NCBI GenBank assembly: GCA_044220955.1
Contig: JBGAQA010000086.1
Coordinates: 1 to 29,090, forward strand
Direction of reading: 5' to 3'
Source: Sandaracinaceae bacterium
GTDB lineage: Bacteria > Myxococcota_A > Polyangia > Polyangiales > Sandaracinaceae
Length of the DNA: 29,090 nt
Shown here one piece after another: positions 17,736 through 25,900 of this stretch. Positions within the stretch are counted from its first letter, which is position 1, and every line of letters starts with the position of its first letter. Under the pieces are notes generated by a model, which had not been told where the DNA came from, made no database searches, and was given only the letters and a program-made list of their open reading frames with translations. The position numbers and the translations under genes were made by a program.

Positions 17736-18125
17736 ATGAAACGATCGGCGTGGTGGATGGCGGCGTGCTCGGCCCTGGCCCTGGCGTGCGGCGGTGGCGG
17801 CGGCGGCGCGGACGCGGGTGGCGGCGGAGTGGACACGGGCTCGATGCCGGCCGCGGTCCAGGGTAGCTGCGATCACAGGCCCTCCGGCTCGACCGACTGT
17901 CTCGACCTCGAGGGCTATCCCGCGAGCGAGATCATGCGGCTCGAGTCGGAGTGCGTGGCGCGCGCCGAGACGTGGTCTTCGTCCGCCTGCCCCCGCGCGG
18001 GCGTGATCGGCGGCTGTCGCTACGAGGCGGCGGGGATGATCAACACGTACTGGTTCTACTCGGGCGACGTGACCGCCGCGATGACGTCGTGCACGATGGG
18101 CGGAGCGCGCTGGGTGTCGCCCTGA
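17736..18125 (+). CDS. Small Cys-rich lipoprotein, function unknown
   Basis: GGAGG RBS before ATG 17736. MKRSAWWMAACSALALAC signal, Gly-rich linker, and a mature domain with six Cys. Confidence 0.8.
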   Translation: MKRSAWWMAACSALALACGGGGGGADAGGGGVDTGSMPAAVQGSCDHRPSGSTDCLDLEGYPASEIMRLESECVARAETWSSSACPRAGVIGGCRYEAAGMINTYWFYSGDVTAAMTSCTMGGARWVSP

Positions 18126-18177
18126 GCGGCGCGCTGCGCGGTCGTCGCGCGGTGGCGCGCCGCGATACGCTCCGCGA

Positions 18178-19737
18178 GTGAGGCGGAACCGGACGGCGCT
18201 CGTGCTCGCGTGGCTCGCGGCGTGTGGGAGTGGCGGGCCGGCGCTCGCCCCCGACGCGGCGGCGCGCGACGCTGCGCGGGCCCTCGGGCCGGACTCGCCG
18301 GTCTTGACCCCATGCGCGCCCGGGTGGCGCGAGGTGGTCGACCCGAGCGGGCTCGTGTTCTGCGACCCGTGGCCGGAGAGCGGGCGAGCGAGGTGCGCTG
18401 CGACGGACATGCACCTGCCGGGCACGGCCGGATGCGCTCGGGTCGGCAGCGCTTGCCCGGCGGACGGATGGCCGGCCGCGCTACCGTCCGGGGGCGTGGT
18501 CTTCGTGGACCCGACCGCCGCGCCCGGTGGCGACGGCGCCACCCGTGCGACGGCGCTCGGCACGTTCCACGAGGCCGTGGCGAGCGCTCCCGACGGCTCG
18601 GTCGTGGCTTTGCGCGCCGGCCTCTACGACGAGACCGCGCTGACCATGATCACCACGACGCGATCGCTGAGCGTCGTCGGGGCCTGCGCGAGCGGGACGA
18701 CGATCGCCATGCGCCTCGACGGGAGCACGAGGGGGCTCGTGCTCGGCGCTGACCTCGCGCTGCGCGACGTGGCGCTCGACGGAGTGCCGGTCCAGCCGAG
18801 CACCGGCACCACCACGATCGAGGACGTGCGCATGGGTGAGGGCGCGGGGCTCCTCGCGGTCGGCGGGAGGGTCTCGGTGCGTCGATCGCTCATGCGGCTG
18901 CTCGTCTTCACAGAGGACACCATCGCCGTCGTCGAAGACGTGGTCGACGTCGATCCGAACATCGCGCTCCAGCTGCAGCACACGGCGCACGTGAGCGCGC
19001 AGCGGCTCGTCGTGAGCTCCGTCGCCGCGAGCGACGCCGCCACGCTCGATCTCACGGGATCCGTGGTCGAGGGAGGGACCGACGGCGGCGCAGGCAGCCT
19101 GCAATGCGAGCGCGTCACGCTGACCGACTGCTTCGTCGGCGACTCGGCCGCGTCCGGACTCAAGCTCGATGCGGTCGCGACTCTCACGCGCACCCGGATC
19201 GGGCGTGTGCGCGGGCAGTTCGGGCTGCTCACGAGCGGGCCCGTCGCGCTCCACGACGTGGTGGTGCACGACATCGGATCCGAGACCGGGACGTACGGGC
19301 TCGGGCTGGGCGCCTCGTTCGGCGGCAGCCTCGCGCTGTCCCGCGTCGCGACGCTGCGGACGCGCGTCGCCGGGATGGTCGCCTACGAGGCGAGCACGAT
19401 CACGGCGACCGACGTGCGCGTCGAGGACGTGTCGTCGGCCTGCGTCGAGACCGACTGCGCGTCGGGACCGATCGGCGGATTCGGCCTCGCATCCCGCGGC
19501 GGCACGCTGGCGGTCTCGCGCTTCTCGGTGGAGCGAGACGCGCTCTGCGGCGTCGTGATCGGGGTCGATGCATCGGTCGACCTCGCGGATGGGTGGATCG
19601 ACGACAGTCCCATCGGTGCGTGCGTCCAGGCGACGGCGTTCGACCCCGAGCGCGTCCACCGCAACGTCGAGTACCGCGCCGGCGTCACGACGCCGCTCCA
19701 GGCGACCACGTACACGCTGCCCCCGCCGCCGCGCTGA
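18178..19737 (+). CDS. Lipoprotein with predicted right-handed beta-helix (pectin lyase-like fold)
   Basis: GTG start and lipobox LAAC. Cap motif VFVDPTAAPGGDG...TFHEAV...VVALRAGLYDE, followed by V/L/T-rich repetitive strands. Confidence 0.75.
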   Translation: MRRNRTALVLAWLAACGSGGPALAPDAAARDAARALGPDSPVLTPCAPGWREVVDPSGLVFCDPWPESGRARCAATDMHLPGTAGCARVGSACPADGWPAALPSGGVVFVDPTAAPGGDGATRATALGTFHEAVASAPDGSVVALRAGLYDETALTMITTTRSLSVVGACASGTTIAMRLDGSTRGLVLGADLALRDVALDGVPVQPSTGTTTIEDVRMGEGAGLLAVGGRVSVRRSLMRLLVFTEDTIAVVEDVVDVDPNIALQLQHTAHVSAQRLVVSSVAASDAATLDLTGSVVEGGTDGGAGSLQCERVTLTDCFVGDSAASGLKLDAVATLTRTRIGRVRGQFGLLTSGPVALHDVVVHDIGSETGTYGLGLGASFGGSLALSRVATLRTRVAGMVAYEASTITATDVRVEDVSSACVETDCASGPIGGFGLASRGGTLAVSRFSVERDALCGVVIGVDASVDLADGWIDDSPIGACVQATAFDPERVHRNVEYRAGVTTPLQATTYTLPPPPR

Positions 19738-19788
19738 CTCCGCCGTTTCGCTTTTCTCCCGGCCCCGGGCCTGTTAAGAAAAGAGGCG

Positions 19789-20538
19789 ATGAGCGCGCAG
19801 CACCTGCTCCTCGACAGTCCCGCCCTCGGCCGTCGTGCCCACCTCTGGAAGTACGGCCACGTCGGGCGGCCCCTGGTGGTCTTCCCGTCCAACGCCGGGG
19901 TCGCCCACGAGTGGGACAAGAGCGGGATGATCGACGCGCTCGGGCCGCTGATGGCAGAGGGCCGGCTCAAGATCTACTGCCCCGAGACGAACGTCTCGCG
20001 CAGCTTCACGGGCCAGGGCAGCGTGGAGGAGCGCATGGCGCACCACCGCGCCTACGAGCGCTTCGTCATGGAGACGCTCGTCCCCTTCATCCGGCAGGAC
20101 TGCCGGAGCGACGAGATGCCCATCGTCGCGACCGGGTGCAGCGTGGGCGCGCTCTACACGTCTCTCTTCGTGCTGAAGTACCCCGAGACGTTCCGCCGCG
20201 GGCTCTGCCTCTCGGGCCGCTATCGCCTCCGTCGCTTCTTCGAGGGCAAGCCCTTCGACGAGCGCACGAACGAGGACGTGTACTTCAGCGATCCGCTCGC
20301 GTTCGTGCCGAACCTCGGCGGCGCGGCGCTCGATCGTGTGCGTCGATCGGCGCACCTGACGGTGGTGGTCGGCCGCGGCGCGCACGAGCACGGCTGCATC
20401 CCCGAGACGGCCGAGCTGGGCACGTGGCTCCGGCGCAAGCAGATCCCCAACCACGTCGCGTTCTGGGGCGAGGACAGCGCGCACAGCTACGAGTGGTGGC
20501 GCAAGCAGGCCGTCCACTACCTCGGCCAGATGTTCTGA
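19789..20538 (+). CDS. Alpha/beta-hydrolase, putative esterase
   Basis: Nucleophile elbow GCSVG (GxSxG). YGHVGRPLVVFPS, LSGRY and C-terminal WGEDSAHSYEWWRKQ with the candidate catalytic His. Confidence 0.85.
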   Translation: MSAQHLLLDSPALGRRAHLWKYGHVGRPLVVFPSNAGVAHEWDKSGMIDALGPLMAEGRLKIYCPETNVSRSFTGQGSVEERMAHHRAYERFVMETLVPFIRQDCRSDEMPIVATGCSVGALYTSLFVLKYPETFRRGLCLSGRYRLRRFFEGKPFDERTNEDVYFSDPLAFVPNLGGAALDRVRRSAHLTVVVGRGAHEHGCIPETAELGTWLRRKQIPNHVAFWGEDSAHSYEWWRKQAVHYLGQMF

Positions 20539-20560
20539 GGCGCGGCCGCTCGCTCGCCGC

Positions 20561-22069
20561 TCACCGGATGGTGAGCGCCATCGAGTCGATCGCGGCTCCG
20601 CTGGTCGGGTTGGTCGTCCCCGACGGGATGCTCCCCGCCTGCGTGCGGAACACGATCCGTCCGACGCTGCCGCCGCCGCCGGGCGCGTTGGTTCCGCCGC
20701 CGTTCATCGCGTTCGCGCCGTTCATCGTCGCGGCGCCGCCGCCGTCGCCGCCGTCGTGCGTTCCGCAGCGCGTGACGGCGCCGGCCGCGCGCCCGGCCAC
20801 CGCGTACGCGCCATCCGTGCCGGCGAATCCGTCGGTGCCGGAGCCACATCCGCCGCCGCCCCCGCCGCCCCCGGCGACCGTGAGGGGTAGACCGAAGCTC
20901 GCCGCGCCGGCGCCGAGGGTGACGGTCGGGGCCTCGAGCAAGATGGCTCCGCCCGACCCGCCGCCGCCGCCGCCGCCGAACTGCCCACCGCCGTCGCCGG
21001 CGCTTCCCGCGGCCGCGACGGTGCCCGGGATGTCGATCGACACGAACGAGGTGATCTGGATGCCGCCGCCACCCCAGCCGGCGTTCTGCGAGCCGACGCC
21101 AGACCCGTCGCCGCCGTCGGCGCCTGCGACGAGCGGTACGAGCCCGCTCGCCGTCGACGATCCGCCGCCGCCCCCCGACGAGCTCGACCCGCAGTTGGCG
21201 CCGTTGCCGCCGTTGCCGCCGAAGCCGCCGCCTCCGCCGCCGCCGTCGGTGTTGCTGCCGCCCGCGGCCCCGTCACCGCCGGTGTTGCCGCCGATGCCGC
21301 TGCCGGGGCCCCAGTGCACGCTCCGCCCGGCCATCGGGTTGGTGTAGGACGAGGCGTCGATCACGCCGGTGATGCTCACGGGGCCGTGCGCCACGAAGAC
21401 GATGGGCAAGAGGCCGTCGATCGTGATCGTGCTGCTCACCGTGAGGGAGCCGACCTCGTAGAGGCACACGCGCGAGCCCGCGGCGTCGTCCTGCATGACG
21501 AGCCGACCCGTCGCGCCCGGCAGGCCGGTGCACGTGTCGCTCGACACCGAGGCCGGCGCCGAGACGACCAGCGGTGCGGAGGCGCCGGTGAGCGCGCCGT
21601 TCACGTTCGACGGCGTGAACGTACCGCAGTGCGCGGGCGTCCCGAGGCAGCCGAGCGGGCATGGCGTCGGCACCCACGTACCGGCCGCGCACGTCTCGAG
21701 CATGGTGTCGCTGGGACAGCGCGTCTCCCCTGCGGTGCAAGAGGGCGCGTCGGTGCCCGCGTCGCTGCCGGCGTCCCTGCCCGAGTCGCTGCCCGCGTCG
21801 CTGCCCGCGTCGCTGCCGGAGTCGCTGCCGGCGTCGACCCCGGTGTCGTCCCGCCACGCATCGACGTCCGCGTCCGCGCCGGCGTCGAGCCCCGCGTCGG
21901 CTCCGGAGTCGAGCGCGCCGACGTCGAGCCCGCCCCCGTCGCTCCCGGGTCCCGATCCCAGCGCCGCCCGCGGCAGCGAGCAGCCCGCCGCTGGCGCGAG
22001 CGACGTGAAGGCGAGCGAGACGACAAGGAGTTGTTGGGCCCGTGACAAGCGACCTCGTGCCACCAGCAT
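20561..22069 (-). CDS. Gly-rich secreted protein or lipoprotein with DAGS repeats
   Basis: Hydrophobic N-terminus ending in AAGC, a D(A/S)G(S/R) repeat linker, a small Cys-rich module, and a Gly-rich C-terminal region (GGGGGGSGGAILLEA, GGGGSVGRIVF). The start codon is uncertain. Confidence 0.75.
   Translation of the reverse strand: MLVARGRLSRAQQLLVVSLAFTSLAPAAGCSLPRAALGSGPGSDGGGLDVGALDSGADAGLDAGADADVDAWRDDTGVDAGSDSGSDAGSDAGSDSGRDAGSDAGTDAPSCTAGETRCPSDTMLETCAAGTWVPTPCPLGCLGTPAHCGTFTPSNVNGALTGASAPLVVSAPASVSSDTCTGLPGATGRLVMQDDAAGSRVCLYEVGSLTVSSTITIDGLLPIVFVAHGPVSITGVIDASSYTNPMAGRSVHWGPGSGIGGNTGGDGAAGGSNTDGGGGGGGFGGNGGNGANCGSSSSGGGGGSSTASGLVPLVAGADGGDGSGVGSQNAGWGGGGIQITSFVSIDIPGTVAAAGSAGDGGGQFGGGGGGGSGGAILLEAPTVTLGAGAASFGLPLTVAGGGGGGGGCGSGTDGFAGTDGAYAVAGRAAGAVTRCGTHDGGDGGGAATMNGANAMNGGGTNAPGGGGSVGRIVFRTQAGSIPSGTTNPTSGAAIDSMALTIR
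21747..21842. repeat. 12-bp minisatellite, about 8 imperfect copies
   Basis: Units of G(C/A)GTCGCTGCC(C/G) in tandem, encoding D-(A/S)-G-(S/R/T) on the minus strand. Confidence 0.9.
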
Positions 22070-22099
22070 AGCGGATCGGACGCCGCGCGGGGCACGGGG

Positions 22100-23026
22100 T
22101 CAGCGGGCCAGGGCGTCGAGCCTCGAGAGCGAGCGGGCGAGCAGCTCGGGCACTTCCTCCTGCAGGAAGTGGCCGGCGCGCGTGCGCTCGACGAACGCGG
22201 GCCGCAGCGCGCGCTCGTGGCGAGCCAGCGAGCGACCGAGGATGGGATCGGCCGTCCCCCACACGAGCCCGACCGGCCCTCGGAACGTGGTCACCCAGCG
22301 GCCGATGGCGTCCAGCGCGGGGATCGACGGGTGATCGTCCGAGCCCGGCACCATGCGCGCGAGACCGAGCGGCGCGGCGCGATCGCGCAGCCGCCTGAGC
22401 GGCCATGCGTACGCGCGCTTCGCGCGCCAGCCGAGGGTGGATCGATCGCCCTGCACGCGATCCATGATCGGCACCGGGAACAGGGCGAGGCGGAACGCGA
22501 GGTCGCTGACGATCGGCGTCCGCGCGAAGCGATGGAACGGAGTGCTCCGCACGGGGTGGGCGACGGGCAGCACCGCGGTGTTCGCGAGGAGCATGGCCCG
22601 CACGCGGCCACCCCTCGCCTCGAAGGCCTCGCACGCGCCCGCGCCGATCGGGCCGCCCCAGTCCTGGCCCGCGAACACGATGCTCGTGGGCGCGAGCGCC
22701 GCGAGCAGGTCCGTCAGGGCCGCGACGTGGCGCTCGATCGTGTGCGCGCTCGCGCGTGCGGGCTTGTCGGAGAGGCCGAGGCCGAGCAGGTCGGGCGCGA
22801 TCACGCGCAGGCGCTCGCCGCCTCGCTCCGCGCGCAGGGCGCGGATGACCTTGCGCCAGAGGAAGCACCACATGGGGTTGCCGTGGACGAGGAGCACCGC
22901 GGGCGCGTCGGCGGGCCCGTCGTCGATCGCGTGGACTCGACCCTCTCGGGTCTCCACGCACACGCGGCGGAACGGGAGCTCGCGCGCGATCCACGCGGGC
23001 AGCGCAGGCGCGTCGGTGGTGGTCAT
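22100..23026 (-). CDS. Alpha/beta-hydrolase of the haloalkane dehalogenase/OleB-like family
   Basis: HGNP oxyanion motif, PDLLGLGLSDKP, Asp nucleophile QDWGG, WGTADP and GHFLQEE. Confidence 0.88.
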   Translation of the reverse strand: MTTTDAPALPAWIARELPFRRVCVETREGRVHAIDDGPADAPAVLLVHGNPMWCFLWRKVIRALRAERGGERLRVIAPDLLGLGLSDKPARASAHTIERHVAALTDLLAALAPTSIVFAGQDWGGPIGAGACEAFEARGGRVRAMLLANTAVLPVAHPVRSTPFHRFARTPIVSDLAFRLALFPVPIMDRVQGDRSTLGWRAKRAYAWPLRRLRDRAAPLGLARMVPGSDDHPSIPALDAIGRWVTTFRGPVGLVWGTADPILGRSLARHERALRPAFVERTRAGHFLQEEVPELLARSLSRLDALAR

Positions 23027-23061
23027 GCGCGCATCCTACGCGCGCGGGGCCCGCCTCCCGG

Positions 23062-24111
23062 TCACGATCGTGCGAGCCGTGAAGGGTGCGGGTCGGGCGG
23101 ACGTCTCGGTCCGGCGTCGGTGGTCTCGGCGCCTGGCCGGCGCAGCGTCCGCAGACCGGCGAGGAGCGGGTCGAGCAGCGCGGACGTCACCGTGTCGTCG
23201 TGGTTCTTCTCGTCCGGGGGCAGGCCGAAGCGCAGCGCGGGACGAAGCGAGGTGGTCACCACCAGCGACCCGGTCAGCCAGTCCCAGATCGCCAGCGCCG
23301 AGCCGTAGTTTCGATGGTGCTGCTCGGGCCGATCCCCGTGATGGATCTGATGCTGCGCGGGGCTGATGAAGACGTGCTCGAGGAGCGGACCATAGGAGAG
23401 CCAGACGTGCGAGTGCCGCAGGTTCGAGCCGAGCATCCCCCAGAGGTAGCCGAGCCCGTACGCGCCTCCGATCTGCCAGATCGTCACGTGCCCCGGGAAG
23501 ACCCACAGGAACGCGCCGAGGGTCACGCCGGTCGACAGGCGCGTCCCGACCCGCAGGAGCATCGTCTCGAGGGGGTGGCTGCGCAGCAGCGTGACGGGCG
23601 TCATGACGCGCGCCGAGTGGTGCAGCTTGTGCAGCTCCCAGAGCGCCGGGATGCGGTGCGCGGCGCGATGGAACGCGAAGCGGGCGAAGTCGTCCGCGAC
23701 GAAGACCGCGACGCTCATGAGGGCGGTGATCCAGGCGGGGTCGAGCGCCGAGGGCTCGGGCGGACCGATCCACGAGGAGAGCCACGCGAGCACGCCCGAG
23801 GTGACCGCGACCTCCGAGAGCGCCAGCGGCCAGAGCAGCGTCGCGTGCAGCACCGACGACGCGAAGAGCAGGCGATAGTCGAGCAACGCGGAGCGATGGA
23901 GCCAGATGCGCGCGGGAAACAGGAAGCGCCACGCCGATCCGCGCGCGCGGCCGCGCACGGCCCTGACGAGGAGCGCCATGCACGCCGCCACGGCGAGGAA
24001 GAGCAGGTTCGTCCTGCGCGAGGGATCGATCAGGCGGGCGAGCGGATCCAGCGCGCCCGCGACGAGCCGGTCGAGGAGATCGGAGAGCGAGACGAACGGG
24101 GCGGAGGGCAT
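23062..24111 (-). CDS. Sterol desaturase/fatty acid hydroxylase superfamily membrane di-iron enzyme
   Basis: His boxes HRAAH, HKLHHS, HSH and HQIHH. LWELH and NYGSALAIWDWLTGS motifs. Several TM segments. Confidence 0.9.
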   Translation of the reverse strand: MPSAPFVSLSDLLDRLVAGALDPLARLIDPSRRTNLLFLAVAACMALLVRAVRGRARGSAWRFLFPARIWLHRSALLDYRLLFASSVLHATLLWPLALSEVAVTSGVLAWLSSWIGPPEPSALDPAWITALMSVAVFVADDFARFAFHRAAHRIPALWELHKLHHSARVMTPVTLLRSHPLETMLLRVGTRLSTGVTLGAFLWVFPGHVTIWQIGGAYGLGYLWGMLGSNLRHSHVWLSYGPLLEHVFISPAQHQIHHGDRPEQHHRNYGSALAIWDWLTGSLVVTTSLRPALRFGLPPDEKNHDDTVTSALLDPLLAGLRTLRRPGAETTDAGPRRPPDPHPSRLARS

Positions 24112-24232
24112 CGCCAGCCACGTTCGCGCGTCGCGCCCGCGCAGGCGTGCGCGCGATCAATCCGCACGCGGGCGAGGTCTCTGCTCCCGGTTCGCGGGAG
24201 CGTGACCGTCTCTCTGGTCTAGGATGCAGCCC

Positions 24233-25021
24233 ATGACGCGCATCCACGCTCCGGAGCTCGAGGACTACGACTGGTTTCCCGCGCCGCTCCGCGACGCGCT
24301 CACCGACATCCTGCGCATCTCGACGACGACGCTGCGGCTCTTCGACGGTGCCGTGCCGGTGCTGCGCGACCTGCTGCGAGGCGCGGGCGCGACGCGCATC
24401 GTCGATCTCTGCTCGGGCGGCGGCGGCCCGCTGATCTCCGTCCTCTCGACCCTCGAGCGCGAGCACGGCCTGAGGCCCGACGTCGTGCTGACCGACAAGT
24501 TCCCCAACCACGCGGCGTTCGCGCGTGCGGAGGGCGAGCGTCCCGGTCAGGTGCGCGGCCGCCGCGAGAGCACGGACGCGACGCGGCTGCCGCCGGAGCT
24601 GACGGGTGTGCGCACGATCTTCAACGCGCTGCACCACTTCCCGCCGCCGCTCGCTCGCGCGATCTTCGAGGACGCGGTTCGCCAGCGGCAGCCGATCGCC
24701 TCGTTCGAGGTGGTCGAGCGCTCGCCCGCCGGCGCGCTGATCGTGGCGGGCGTGCCCGCGGCCACCCTCGGGCTCACGCCCTTCATCCAGCCCCGCACCC
24801 TCGGCCGCTTCGCGATGACCTACGCGGTCCCGCTCGTGCCCGCGATCACGATGTGGGACGGGTTCGCGTCCTGCTTGCGCGCGTACTCGCCCCCGGAGCT
24901 CGAGAAGCTGGTCCTCGGCCTCGGGGACGCGAGCTACCGCTTCCGTGTCGAGCAGCACCGCGCGCGCTGGCTGCCGTTGCGCGTCACCGCGCTCATCGGC
25001 ACGCCCGTCGGCGGCAGCTGA
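24233..25021 (+). CDS. Class I SAM-dependent methyltransferase-like protein
   Basis: Motif I IVDLCSGGGGP, LTDKFP, FNALHHF and WDGFASCLRAY. I prefer start ATG 24233 because ATG 24224 lies inside a TAGGAT -10-like hexamer. Confidence 0.8.
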   Translation: MTRIHAPELEDYDWFPAPLRDALTDILRISTTTLRLFDGAVPVLRDLLRGAGATRIVDLCSGGGGPLISVLSTLEREHGLRPDVVLTDKFPNHAAFARAEGERPGQVRGRRESTDATRLPPELTGVRTIFNALHHFPPPLARAIFEDAVRQRQPIASFEVVERSPAGALIVAGVPAATLGLTPFIQPRTLGRFAMTYAVPLVPAITMWDGFASCLRAYSPPELEKLVLGLGDASYRFRVEQHRARWLPLRVTALIGTPVGGS

Positions 25022-25073
25022 GCGAGAGGCGCGGCGCCGCGAGGGTGCCCGTGCTGCGGCAGGGCTCGGGCCC

Positions 25074-25880
25074 TCACCACACGAAGGGGATGAGGATCTT
25101 CCGCTCGCGGGGGTAGTCGGGGAAGCGCTCGAGGTACCAGCGGTGCGTCGCGAGCGCGCGCGGGACGAGGTTCGCCGCGCTCACGGCGACGATGAACGCG
25201 CCCGCCGGTGACCACGAGAAGAGCGCGAGGCCTGCCCAGAGCACGAGCTCGGCGAAGTAGCTCGCGTTCGTCACGTGCTCGTAGAGACCGCCGCGCGGGA
25301 TCCGGTAGACGCGCTCGCCGCGATCGAGCTCGTCCTGGGTGCGCAGCGTGCGCAGGACGTGGTCGGCATGCAGGTTGAGGGCGAAGCCGCCGTAGTAGAG
25401 CGCGATGCCCACGAGGAAGCGCGGGTCCGCGAGCCACGAGAGCCCGGGCTCGGGATGAAAGCGCGTCACCCATGCGGCGTTCAGGTAGCCGTGCAGCGAG
25501 GTCACCACCCAGCCGACGGCGATCACCATCAGCCCGAAGCTGCTCTTCTGCCCCTTCGGGACGCGCATGAAGAGCGGCATGAGGAAGCCGCGGTTCAGGT
25601 AGTGGCAGCACCAGACGAAGAGAAAGAAGAGCGGGAAGGGCTCGAGCCGGTTCGGCCCCCGGAAGTACGTGGCGAGGAACACGACGCTGGCGGGCAGCTC
25701 CATCAGCATCCAGCCGATGCGCGGGTCGAGCGCGGGGCCCCAGCGCGCGCTCGCGAAACGCCCGTAGGGCGTGGCGACGAAGGGTGCCGCCAGCGCGGTC
25801 AGCAGCGCGAGCGCGAGCGCGAGGGTCAGCGGGAGGTCGAACGTGGGGTCGCCGGTCGCGGGGATCACGATGCGGCCCAT
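25074..25880 (-). CDS. 3-oxo-5-alpha-steroid 4-dehydrogenase (steroid 5-alpha-reductase, SRD5A-like)
   Basis: PYGR, MELPA, HYLNR, NLHADHVLRTLR, YRIPRGGLYE, NLVPRA..HRWY and DYPRERKILIPF all match the SRD5A family. GTG at 25868 is an alternative start. Confidence 0.9.
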   Translation of the reverse strand: MGRIVIPATGDPTFDLPLTLALALALLTALAAPFVATPYGRFASARWGPALDPRIGWMLMELPASVVFLATYFRGPNRLEPFPLFFLFVWCCHYLNRGFLMPLFMRVPKGQKSSFGLMVIAVGWVVTSLHGYLNAAWVTRFHPEPGLSWLADPRFLVGIALYYGGFALNLHADHVLRTLRTQDELDRGERVYRIPRGGLYEHVTNASYFAELVLWAGLALFSWSPAGAFIVAVSAANLVPRALATHRWYLERFPDYPRERKILIPFVW

Positions 25881-25900
25881 GATATAGACGTCCTCTTCCG

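Noticed and set aside
22100..23026. OleB of an olefin biosynthesis cluster
   Set aside because: No oleA, oleC or oleD neighbours are present. The motifs only support the broader haloalkane dehalogenase-like family.
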